This document shows positions 1 through 8,266 of a DNA stretch of 48,323 nucleotides, piece by piece; within the stretch, counting starts at the first letter, position 1; every line of letters starts with the position of its first letter. A model generated the notes under the pieces. The model searched no databases. It was not told the DNA's origin and was given only the letters and a program-made list of their open reading frames with translations. The position numbers and the translations under genes are program-made. The stretch comes from a virus (Duplodnaviria > Heunggongvirae > Uroviricota > Caudoviricetes): the IMG/VR virus record IMGVR_UViG_3300031419_000007. The stretch is one strand, 5' to 3'.

Positions 1-1
1 T

Positions 2-268
2 GATAAGTCTGTCGTTGAAGCGACGATCATCTCTGAGCTGCTGAATGACCCGGACATGTTCGGTACCATCAACGAATATCTCCCGGACATCGGTCAAGCT
101 GTCGACCGTATCGGTCGCGTACTGTTCCTGGCCCGCGTTAACTCAAACAAGCTGTCCGACACAATGGATCCAGAGGCACTGAGTAACATGGTCACGAACC
201 TGCGTAGTTCTTACACCAATCTGGGTGAGAGCTACATCAAGCTTGAGCAGATCGCCTCCAATGTCTAA
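2..268 (+). CDS. C-terminal part of a head-cluster protein (5'-truncated by the window edge)
   Basis: Frame is open from position 2 (DKSVVEATIISELLNDPDMFGTINEYLPDIG...) to TAA at 268, which overlaps the next start. Confidence 0.75.
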   Translation, partial: DKSVVEATIISELLNDPDMFGTINEYLPDIGQAVDRIGRVLFLARVNSNKLSDTMDPEALSNMVTNLRSSYTNLGESYIKLEQIASNV

Positions 269-905
269 ATCTGTAGACTACCGTGGCAAGCTCTTGGCAA
301 GGGGCACTCGAGAGGCGGATCCGATTGTGGATCAGCTTCTTGATGGTGCGTTCCCTGAAATTGTCGAAGCTGCTACGGTGCTTTACAAAGACCGGACACA
401 GAGAATGTACGTGGAGTCTAGCCTACTGGCCACGAACGATCTCGAAGTGATCTCCAGGTTCCTTGAACTGGAGGTCGCTGTCCTCGACATGTACCGGTCG
501 CTGTACTTTGATGTGGCCCATTTCACCAAGTTACAACGCATGTCGTATCTGGATTCCGTCAAGGAAGGCCCAGATCGCAACATGAAGTCCTGGGCTCTGA
601 CCCAGGGCGTCCGCTTCCTGGAGTGGCGGTTCGGAAACGACGTCAGGATTTCCCCAGTGGAAGGCTTGTCGGCGATCTTCTCGGATTGCTACTACAAAAG
701 CAAAGAGGCGTTCTTCAACGGCAACTCGTCGGAAGCTTCGAAGGAAGCCGCCAAGTGGACTAAGCAAGCGGTGGAAGTCGCCCGTCTGCTGAAGTCGTGG
801 GTAACCGATGCGAACGAAGCCATGAAGGACATCAATATCGCACTCGAGCAGTATATGGGTGACGATATCACCTTCCCAACTGAAGAAGACCTGGAGAATA
901 CTTGA
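261..905 (+). CDS. Hypothetical phage protein (214 aa)
   Basis: ATG at 261 overlaps the upstream stop; phage-like codon usage; stop overlaps the next gene (TGATG). Confidence 0.8.
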   Translation: MSKSVDYRGKLLARGTREADPIVDQLLDGAFPEIVEAATVLYKDRTQRMYVESSLLATNDLEVISRFLELEVAVLDMYRSLYFDVAHFTKLQRMSYLDSVKEGPDRNMKSWALTQGVRFLEWRFGNDVRISPVEGLSAIFSDCYYKSKEAFFNGNSSEASKEAAKWTKQAVEVARLLKSWVTDANEAMKDINIALEQYMGDDITFPTEEDLENT

Positions 906-1834
906 TGGACATGTCTGTGGATTTTTTAAAGAACGTCGGTGCGGGAGTCGTTGCGGCTTTCCGTACCGGGGGCGTTGCCCTCAATGACGGGATCGTTAAG
1001 GCGGCGAGTGATAACCAACTCAATGCTGACCAAGTGGCCCGCCTCGTTGAGACGGTAAACCAGCTGGCGTACCTGTCGGGCCCGCACAACTCAATGGATA
1101 AGACGGCAGAGTTTGCTCTGGCTGATTACGAAACAGTGCTTACCACGATGCTGACCCCTCCTTCGATCGAGAAGGCGGCATCTGCCCGTCGTCCATCCCC
1201 GCTCTCGCTTTTAGCTGAGCCGATGGAAAAGGTTGCGAGTGAAGCGGATTACCAGTTCCAGGCGAACCCGGTTGAAGTCCGTAAGCATGCAGAACGTGAG
1301 TTCTATGCCGGTCGTGACAACCTGAAGCGTATGGATGTGGAAGAAGCGAACATCGTGGAAGGCCTGCTGAAATCGGCTGCGGCCGTGAAGAGTGACCCTG
1401 ATGCCCTGAACAAGATCGCTGCTCTGGCGGGTGGAGACAACCGTAAATACGGTGAGCTCTGCAGCCTGGTGTTCGGTCACGTGAAGGAAGCGTCCGGCCC
1501 GCGTGTTCGTTCTGCAGTGGACTTGATGAACGTGCAAGCCCTGGCGGACCAACTGGGTCTGGCCAAACAGGCGTCGACCGATCGCAAGAACCTGGAAGAG
1601 CGTCTCACCAAGATCGCCGAAGAGATCTGCCCGGCCGGCATGGACAAAGAGGCGTTCGTCGGTAGCCTGCTGCGTGCCGCGGGAACTGCTCTTCGTGGTG
1701 CCAAACCTGGTTTAGCTACTGCTGGCAACGGCATTAAACTAGGTGGTACAATCGCTGTGGCCGCTCCGGAAGTCTCTCAGATTTCGCGTTCGGCGGCACC
1801 AAAGAATGATATCTGGAGCAGTCTCCATAGCTAA
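905..1834 (+). CDS. Putative internal head protein with about 11 KxA motifs
   Basis: IVKAAS, MDKTAE, IEKAAS, MEKVAS, LLKSAA, LNKIAA, HVKEAS, LAKQAS, LTKIAE, MDKEAF; located in the head cluster. Confidence 0.7.
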   Translation: MDMSVDFLKNVGAGVVAAFRTGGVALNDGIVKAASDNQLNADQVARLVETVNQLAYLSGPHNSMDKTAEFALADYETVLTTMLTPPSIEKAASARRPSPLSLLAEPMEKVASEADYQFQANPVEVRKHAEREFYAGRDNLKRMDVEEANIVEGLLKSAAAVKSDPDALNKIAALAGGDNRKYGELCSLVFGHVKEASGPRVRSAVDLMNVQALADQLGLAKQASTDRKNLEERLTKIAEEICPAGMDKEAFVGSLLRAAGTALRGAKPGLATAGNGIKLGGTIAVAAPEVSQISRSAAPKNDIWSSLHS

Positions 1835-1843
1835 GAGGTTACC

Positions 1844-2392
1844 ATGAACGACACTACTGAATTACTGAAAGGGCTGCGTGAAGGCCTGGAAGCTGGCCTG
1901 CTGAAAGAAGCGGGCGTTTCCGAACTGAATGACGGTCAGCGTGAATTTATTGACATGACCGTGGCGGAATTCGAGAAGCAAGCGGGCTTCATGGGCGACT
2001 TCAAGAACGCTTTCTCTGGCGACGAAGTCGGTAAAGCTGCACTGAAAGCCGGTATCCCGCTGTTAGGTGGTATCGGTGTGGCTGCTGCGGCTAAAGCCGT
2101 TGGCGCTATCGCGGGTGGTATGAACCGCGGCAAGTTCGAAACGGCTCTGCGTCTGGCGATTTCTCGTAACGCCATCCTGCAGCAAGCAGATCAGGAACGC
2201 CTGAAGTCTCTGGCTGATTCTGTCTATCACGCTGCCCCAACCGTCTCCACCGATCCGAACATTCTCGGTCAGGTCCTGGTGAACGCCATCCGTGGTGAAA
2301 ACCTGGATATCCAGACTGTGAAGATGTTGGGTGACCTGGAAGCGCGTCGTACTCAAGGTCCGGCCTTGACTGCCCGTAACTTCTCGCTGTAA
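1844..2392 (+). CDS. Putative internal head protein (KxA motifs, Gly/Ala-rich hydrophobic helix)
   Basis: SD GAGG; LLKEAG, FEKQAG; GIPLLGGIGVAAAAKAVG. Confidence 0.7.
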   Translation: MNDTTELLKGLREGLEAGLLKEAGVSELNDGQREFIDMTVAEFEKQAGFMGDFKNAFSGDEVGKAALKAGIPLLGGIGVAAAAKAVGAIAGGMNRGKFETALRLAISRNAILQQADQERLKSLADSVYHAAPTVSTDPNILGQVLVNAIRGENLDIQTVKMLGDLEARRTQGPALTARNFSL

Positions 2393-2399
2393 TATAACT

Positions 2400-2417
2400 G
2401 GGTGCCGAAAGGCACCC
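2400..2417 (+). promoter_or_regulatory. GAAA-tetraloop hairpin just upstream of the protease ribosome-binding site
   Basis: gggtgcc-gaaa-ggcaccc with no U-tract, 3 nt before GAGGA; more likely a stability or processing element than a terminator. Confidence 0.45.
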
Positions 2418-2431
2418 TTAGAGGAACCCAA

Positions 2432-3907
2432 ATGGATAAACTTTTAGACAGTCGCCACGAAGGCCATCTCGAGCTGGGCCAAGCGACGTTACTGTTTGAT
2501 GACGCTGGCGGCCTGACCAAGGTTGCGGCGGCTGCAGAGATCGATAGCTTCGTGAAGGATATTCCTGTTCGCGACGGCTTCTTCTACCTGCACATCAATG
2601 CCATGGGTGCCGGCGAGTACTACGGCTCGAACAGAAACGGTGACTACTTCCCAGAGGCTCAGCTGATCCGATGGCACAAGACCTTCGAGACGTCACCTGC
2701 CCACGTATTCCGCCACCACGTCAACAAGGACCCTGCCAAGTCAATCGGCAAGGTCATTTTCTCGTATTACAACCCACGCATGCACCGCGTTGAACTCATT
2801 GCCGAGGTCAGCAAGGAATTGGGTGCGGATGAATACATGAAGATTACCCAGTTGGGTCAATACCCGGCAACCTCTATGGCTTGTAATACGCCGTTTGACG
2901 TGTGCTCCATCTGTGGCAACAAAGCTCATTCTCGCTTGCAGTACTGTACTCACCTGACTTCCCAACTGAACACCCTTTACCCGGATGGCCGTAAAGTGAT
3001 GTCCCTGAACCTCGGCCCGCTGAAGTTCTTCGACATTTCGATCGTTATCCGCCCGGCAGACATCACGTCTTCGGTTCTGGAAAAGGTTGCGAACCACCAG
3101 GGCGTTATCTCCTCGACGGAAGCCGCAGAAGCTGAAGGCTTAACGTACGAAGAAAAGATCGACGTGCCGGTTGGCATTAAGAAGGAAGCGGTTGAGAAGC
3201 TAGCGGACTTGATCAAAGAGATTGACGGAAACGTCGTAGGCGTAGATACTCGTCTCGATGCGGTACTCGATCGTATCCTCGACCCTGAGGACAGCTTGAT
3301 CACGGTACTCCAGGGCTATCCTTTCGGGGAAGTTCTTAACGCATTTGCCGAACTCGGCATGAACCCGTCCATGAGCTTCTGGTCGAAGTACTTTGCCCGT
3401 ATGTACCTCGGAAAAGAACACATGGGTGCTCTCGCAATGGCAGTGGCTGAGCATGTTGGTCCTGCAGCTCTTCCCGTCCCGGAAAGCATCCCGGAAATCG
3501 ATGAGAAAGCGGCGAGCCCCATGCTGCTTAAACTATTAGTCAGATACGTCGAAGGCTCGTCCTACCGTGCTGACATGGTAGAAAAGCGTGCAGCGGCTTA
3601 TGTTATGGGCACTCCCGGTGTGGCGTCAGGTTACACTAATTGGGAACAAGGCCGGTTGCCACCTCCAAAACTGGAGTTACCACCAGCCACAGCAGAACAG
3701 GATTCAACCCTGTTAAGTACCCTGCTGACGATTGCCGGATCCGCTTTACTCGCCAAGTACATGATTGCTGGGCTGGTAAAGAGAAAGTTGGAAAAAGCCA
3801 ACAGTTGGATTAAAATGCCAAGTGTTGAAACAATCGTGAAATCCGCAGAGGTAACTGTTAAACTAATGGAAGGTTCCATTAAACGCCATTGCAGGAGAGT
3901 AAAATGA
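2432..3907 (+). CDS. Putative prohead (capsid maturation) protease with Zn-finger insert
   Basis: NRNGDYF...HVFRHH...IGKV...TSMACNTPFDVCSICGN...YCTHL...FFDISIVIRPAD resembles the His/Ser layout of HK97/herpes-fold maturation proteases; upstream of scaffold and capsid genes; SD GAGGA before ATG 2432. Confidence 0.7.
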   Translation: MDKLLDSRHEGHLELGQATLLFDDAGGLTKVAAAAEIDSFVKDIPVRDGFFYLHINAMGAGEYYGSNRNGDYFPEAQLIRWHKTFETSPAHVFRHHVNKDPAKSIGKVIFSYYNPRMHRVELIAEVSKELGADEYMKITQLGQYPATSMACNTPFDVCSICGNKAHSRLQYCTHLTSQLNTLYPDGRKVMSLNLGPLKFFDISIVIRPADITSSVLEKVANHQGVISSTEAAEAEGLTYEEKIDVPVGIKKEAVEKLADLIKEIDGNVVGVDTRLDAVLDRILDPEDSLITVLQGYPFGEVLNAFAELGMNPSMSFWSKYFARMYLGKEHMGALAMAVAEHVGPAALPVPESIPEIDEKAASPMLLKLLVRYVEGSSYRADMVEKRAAAYVMGTPGVASGYTNWEQGRLPPPKLELPPATAEQDSTLLSTLLTIAGSALLAKYMIAGLVKRKLEKANSWIKMPSVETIVKSAEVTVKLMEGSIKRHCRRVK

Positions 3908-4665
3908 GTGATATTACGCTGGACAGTCTGATCGCTAGCATCTCTAATGAAGATGAAGTGAATCAGGAAATGACCAAACAGGCATCTGATGCCACGACTG
4001 AGCTGGAACAAGCTCTCTCAAATTCTAACGTTGGAGAAAACAACACCATGACTAAGAGTGCACACGAAGTAGCCGGTCAGTCTATCGCTGACGCTATCCT
4101 GGCTGGCCTGAACAAGCAGGCTTCCGAAAACACCGTAGCAGCTGAAACCCAGACTATGGTCAACGAAGACACTGCCAAGATCAAAGAAACTCCGGTAGCG
4201 GGCAAAACCGTTAGCGAAGTTGCTCAGGCTCTGCTGGCACGTGCCGCTTCAGAAGGTAAAACTGAGAAGCCAAAGCATGTTGACGCTGAAGTGAATGCCG
4301 AAGGTGGCGCTCAGACCGCTGGTCGTGCTCCAATCGATTCACAGCTGGACAAGCAAGCTGCTGAAGCCCTGTCAGCCCTGATCGCTGATGGCGTTGACTT
4401 CGCAGAAGCTGCCGAGCTGGTTAAAGAAGCTCAGGCTCACCTGAACTCTGACCTGGAGAAAGCTGCTGCTGTTTCATCTCTGATGGACAGCGGTATCGAC
4501 TTCGCAGAAGCGGTTGAACTGGTTAAGCAAGCTTCAGAAAGCGGTGCTAACGAAGGCGAATACAGTGACCTGGAGAAGAAAGCTGCTCTGGATCAACTGA
4601 TGGACGAAGGTTTCTCCTTCTCTGACGCCCTGTCAGCCATCGAAGCTGTAGTTGCTGGTCAGTAA
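3904..4665 (+). CDS. Scaffold-like acidic helical head protein with three C-terminal repeats
   Basis: Ala/Glu-rich, 8 KxA motifs, three copies of LxKxAA..xLxxxG(V/I/F)xFxxAxxxxx; strongly biased codon usage. Confidence 0.65.
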   Translation: MSDITLDSLIASISNEDEVNQEMTKQASDATTELEQALSNSNVGENNTMTKSAHEVAGQSIADAILAGLNKQASENTVAAETQTMVNEDTAKIKETPVAGKTVSEVAQALLARAASEGKTEKPKHVDAEVNAEGGAQTAGRAPIDSQLDKQAAEALSALIADGVDFAEAAELVKEAQAHLNSDLEKAAAVSSLMDSGIDFAEAVELVKQASESGANEGEYSDLEKKAALDQLMDEGFSFSDALSAIEAVVAGQ

Positions 4666-4674
4666 GTCCTGTAT

Positions 4675-4695
4675 GCCCCGCTCCGGCGGGGTTTT
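4675..4695 (+). terminator. Intrinsic terminator
   Basis: gccccgc-tccg-gcggggt followed by ttt. Confidence 0.6.
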
Positions 4696-4706
4696 CTGAG
4701 GTGAAT

Positions 4707-5321
4707 ATGCAAAAAGAATCTTCAATTGTCGGTGCTGCAAAGGCCGCCCTGGAGTCAGTCCGGGCGGGCAGAGCTGCTATTGGCAAGCAGGTTAATAAAG
4801 CGTATCGCCCCATCAAGTCCATTTCTCCTGCTGCTATCGGCGGGGGTCTTGTAGCCGGTCACATCGTGGGTGGTTACAGTGGGTCAGCGGCTGCACAAGC
4901 CGGCATGTACCATATCGGTTATAACGACGCAATGAAGAAGCAAGCAGGCCTGTCTCCGTTTATTCGGAACGGTGTCACTGCGGCTCGAGGCTTTGTGACG
5001 CGTAGCGGAAATGCAGTACGTGGACTCGCATCGCCGATCGGCAAGAAGATCTCTCAGAATCCTGTTAAGGCTGCAGTGGGTGTCGGCGTTGCCGGCGGCC
5101 TGGCAGCTGGATCCATGACGAAATCTTCAGGTTTGATGAACCGCAGTATTGCTCTCGCTCGTTTGTACGGCAAAAAGGCACCCACTACGACTAAAATCGT
5201 TGCAGGTACCGTGTCTGCTGGACTCGGGCTCGGAGTAACACACGTGGCCGATGAGAAATTGGATGGCGCCGCAGGGCGAGCCGCAGTGTATAATTTCCGT
5301 AAGAACAACGGAAGCATTTGA
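4707..5321 (+). CDS. Basic Gly/Ala-rich putative internal head protein with three modules
   Basis: Three segments starting MQKES, MKKQA, MTKSS, each with a cationic stretch followed by a glycine-zipper-like helix. Confidence 0.65.
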   Translation: MQKESSIVGAAKAALESVRAGRAAIGKQVNKAYRPIKSISPAAIGGGLVAGHIVGGYSGSAAAQAGMYHIGYNDAMKKQAGLSPFIRNGVTAARGFVTRSGNAVRGLASPIGKKISQNPVKAAVGVGVAGGLAAGSMTKSSGLMNRSIALARLYGKKAPTTTKIVAGTVSAGLGLGVTHVADEKLDGAAGRAAVYNFRKNNGSI

Positions 5322-5334
5322 CCAGAGAGGATCT

Positions 5335-5853
5335 ATGAATACTGAACTGATTCGTAACCGAGCTGGCGATCTGAACGCACAAGCTTCTGCTATTCGCAGC
5401 AAGTATGATTTTTCACTGGTGAAACAAGCCGCGTTAAACTCTTTAGCAGAGAACGGCGTGGATATGGCCCAGGCGGAAAGCATGCTGAATGGTTACGAGA
5501 AAGAATTTGCTCCTAGCCACACTGCTGAAATGCTGCAAGCTGCCGCGGATTTTGAGAAACAAGCGTTTGTTCTTGAAAAATGTGCTGATATTATTGATGA
5601 TCTCAGTGCTAAACTACAAAGTAGTGAAGAACAAGTTGCACAGATGACCAAAGCCGCGACCGTTAACCCACAATTAGATGCATTAAAATCTAAAGGTGGA
5701 TACAGCGAGTCTGATCTGGAAGCGTTAAAATCACTTCCGAAAAGCACGCTGGAAAAGATCGCGAGCGACCAAGGCCCGAGTGACCTTGGACGAGCAACCA
5801 ACAGAAGCAGCGCCAACTCGGTAGACCCGATGGTCGCTTTCTGTATGTCCTAA
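5335..5853 (+). CDS. Scaffold-like coiled-coil head protein
   Basis: SD GAGG before ATG 5335; LVKQAA, FEKQAF, LEKCAD, MTKAAT, LEKIAS; immediately precedes the decoration and capsid genes. Confidence 0.65.
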   Translation: MNTELIRNRAGDLNAQASAIRSKYDFSLVKQAALNSLAENGVDMAQAESMLNGYEKEFAPSHTAEMLQAAADFEKQAFVLEKCADIIDDLSAKLQSSEEQVAQMTKAATVNPQLDALKSKGGYSESDLEALKSLPKSTLEKIASDQGPSDLGRATNRSSANSVDPMVAFCMS

Positions 5854-5871
5854 GATAACCAGGAGAAATTA

Positions 5872-6351
5872 ATGAGCAGACTGCCTCAGTTAGAATACCG
5901 TGCGGAGTTCCTGAAAGGATGGCCACGTCCTAATGGGCTGCACTTGAACCTCCAGAGCGACGACGCGACTCTGACCAACGGTGACCTGGTAGTTCCAGTA
6001 GCTGGTGGTAAAGTTAAGCGTGTTGACGCGGCTGGTAAAGCCAACGGAGTTGGCATCATCGTTCGCGGCCCAGTGGACGACAAATCTGTACGCGTAGCAG
6101 GCGGAATCGCTTCAGGCAATGGCCGTGAAGTTGTTGGCGGTGGAAACACTTGCATCGTTCTGTTTGGTGGCTACATCGTTCGTACCTCTGCGTTCGACGA
6201 CACTGCAACCTACGTAGAAGGCGACGCGGTTAACACCTCCGCTGCTGGCGTGTTCGGCAAAGCTGCCGCCGCTGATCCGGTACTGGGTACAGTTCTGGAA
6301 GTTGAAACCCTGTCCGATGGCAAGAAAGCCCTCGTGATCCTGGTTCGTTAA
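5872..6351 (+). CDS. Putative head decoration (cement) protein
   Basis: 159 aa, beta-rich, with GDLV...GII...GDAV..AGVF..VLGTV pattern; directly upstream of the major capsid gene. Confidence 0.6.
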   Translation: MSRLPQLEYRAEFLKGWPRPNGLHLNLQSDDATLTNGDLVVPVAGGKVKRVDAAGKANGVGIIVRGPVDDKSVRVAGGIASGNGREVVGGGNTCIVLFGGYIVRTSAFDDTATYVEGDAVNTSAAGVFGKAAAADPVLGTVLEVETLSDGKKALVILVR

Positions 6352-6364
6352 TTAGGAGCCGATA

Positions 6365-7282
6365 ATGAACACCGAAACTGTAAACGTGCAGTTCATGAAC
6401 CAATCGTTCATCGACAAGATTGACCAGGGCCTGGTTAAAGAAGCTGGTGCTGCAATGTCAGCATTCGTTCGCCAGAAACTGCGTGAAACGGGCTTTGCTC
6501 GTAAGATCCTGACTCCGCAGATGATTACTGCGTCAGATCTGGACCGTGGCCTGGATGATCAACCTCGTGTGATCATCGAAAAGGAACCTGATTCAGTCGC
6601 GGCTTACATGAGCCTGTCTGGTCAGCCGACCGTTCGCTACTTCACCGGTAGCCGTTACGAAGTTCCGTTCTATAAGATCCAGTCTGAGCGTTTCGTTAAG
6701 TCGAAGTTCGAGCTGGCTACTTACCGCACGGACATCCGTAACATCCTGCAGGAAAACTCCGTTAAGGATCTGCAGAAACAAGAAGACATCAACTTCTTCA
6801 ATGGCCTGCGTGCTATCCAGAAGAATGCTCGTGGTGTTGAGTTCGTAGCGACCACTGGTGATCGTATCACCGACCGCGTTATGAGCCTGATCCAGACTCT
6901 GGTTAAAGACCATCAGAAACCTGGTAAGATCCTGCTTTCACACGCTCTGTACCTGCAGATGCTGCGTGAGCCAGCTACCCAGCTGGGTGATGCGATTGCA
7001 TCTAAGCACTTCGAAACCGGTTCGATGGACAGCTTCTACGGCTTCGAGATCGTTACTACCATCAAGGGTGACATCCTGTCATCTGAAGAAGGTCAGAACA
7101 AAGGCGATCTGGTAGCAGTATTCGCACCTGAAGAATACCTGGGTCAGTTCTACAGCCTGCAGGAGCCAACTGTGTTCCTGGAAGCGAAAGCTGACATGAT
7201 CGAATTCCAGACTTACGAGTCAATCGGAATCGGCATCGGTAACACCAAAGGCTTCGTGATCGGCAAGGTCGATCTGGTTTAA
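6365..7282 (+). CDS. Major capsid protein (HK97-like fold inferred)
   Basis: 305 aa; position after protease, scaffold and decoration genes; very biased codon usage; strong SD AGGAG; followed by a terminator; LVKEA at residues 23-27. Confidence 0.8.
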   Translation: MNTETVNVQFMNQSFIDKIDQGLVKEAGAAMSAFVRQKLRETGFARKILTPQMITASDLDRGLDDQPRVIIEKEPDSVAAYMSLSGQPTVRYFTGSRYEVPFYKIQSERFVKSKFELATYRTDIRNILQENSVKDLQKQEDINFFNGLRAIQKNARGVEFVATTGDRITDRVMSLIQTLVKDHQKPGKILLSHALYLQMLREPATQLGDAIASKHFETGSMDSFYGFEIVTTIKGDILSSEEGQNKGDLVAVFAPEEYLGQFYSLQEPTVFLEAKADMIEFQTYESIGIGIGNTKGFVIGKVDLV

Positions 7283-7313
7283 TCGCCACCACGGTTCTCA
7301 AGGACCTTTCTAT

Positions 7314-7336
7314 AAACCCCCGAAAGGGGGTTTTTT
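7314..7336 (+). terminator. Intrinsic terminator after the major capsid gene
   Basis: aaaccccc-gaaa-gggggtttttt. Confidence 0.85.
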
Positions 7337-7351
7337 ATTAGAGGAATCAGC

Positions 7352-8200
7352 ATGTTACAACTCAAGATTGCACAACCGGTGAACGTCATCGGTATTCAGT
7401 ACAAAGCCGGCGATGAAGTTCCGGTGAACAAGACCCTGATCCACCGTGAAGTGGCGAAGGTGGCTTCTGGCATTCAGAAGTTGCTGGATGCTGGTTCCAT
7501 TCAGGAAGTCAGTGCCGACACTTACAAGATCGTTGGTGACATCGAAGTGAATACCCTGGGTAACATCTTCGGTAAAGGCGATCAGTTCGTTGCTGCAAAG
7601 GTTTTCGATTACGAAGACGTCGTGGATTACCCATCGTGGGTCCAGGAAGGCGTGACCAAAGGTCTGTGGACGCTGGATGACGGCATCAAGCACGTGACCG
7701 GTGTGACTGTCGCCCCAACGACTTTCAACATCCAGGTTGGTGCCACTCAGGCTCTGACTGCAACTGTCGCTCCGGCTGACGCTGCGGATAAGACCGGTGC
7801 ATGGTCAACTTCAGATGCCACCGTTGCGACTGTCGACAACAAAGGCGTTGTGACGGCCGTTAAGGTTGGTACTGCGAAGATCACCTTCACGTCAACTGAC
7901 GGTGCGAAGACCGCTGTCGCCGACGTTACCGTTGCTGCCGCGACTGTTGCTGTCACCAGCGTAGCCGTTGGCCCGACCTCTCCGTCTGTAGCCGTGGGTG
8001 CGACCGTTCAGCTGAACGCTAACGTGAGCCCGGCTGGTGCCACCGACAAGTCTGGTGCGTGGAGCACTTCTGATGCAGCTATCGCAACCGTCGACCAGAA
8101 CGGTCTGGTTACCGGTGTTGCAGCAGGTACCGCTACTATCACGTTCACCACGACTGATGGCGCTAAGAAAGGCAACCGCTCAGTTACGGTTACCGCGTAA
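7352..8200 (+). CDS. Virion protein with two Big_2-type Ig-like domains
   Basis: Two copies of VTxVxVxP...VGATxQLxAxVxPAxAxDKxGxWSTSDAxxATVDxxGxVTxVxxGTAxITFTxTDG. Confidence 0.85.
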   Translation: MLQLKIAQPVNVIGIQYKAGDEVPVNKTLIHREVAKVASGIQKLLDAGSIQEVSADTYKIVGDIEVNTLGNIFGKGDQFVAAKVFDYEDVVDYPSWVQEGVTKGLWTLDDGIKHVTGVTVAPTTFNIQVGATQALTATVAPADAADKTGAWSTSDATVATVDNKGVVTAVKVGTAKITFTSTDGAKTAVADVTVAAATVAVTSVAVGPTSPSVAVGATVQLNANVSPAGATDKSGAWSTSDAAIATVDQNGLVTGVAAGTATITFTTTDGAKKGNRSVTVTA

Positions 8201-8206
8201 TCCCCT

Positions 8207-8229
8207 AAGGGCCTTCGGGCCCTTTTCTT
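8207..8229 (+). terminator. Intrinsic terminator
   Basis: aagggcc-ttcg-ggccctt followed by ttctt. Confidence 0.8.
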
Positions 8230-8237
8230 TTAAACTA
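8230..8237 (+). promoter_or_regulatory. Candidate late promoter core (YTAAAMTA)
   Basis: TTAAACTA just after a terminator and about 30 nt before ATG 8267; the motif recurs in the same position at 3858, 9470, 28102, 35397 and 37029. Confidence 0.5.
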
Positions 8238-8266
8238 ACCTCAGGACTTACTTCGCGAGGTTACCC

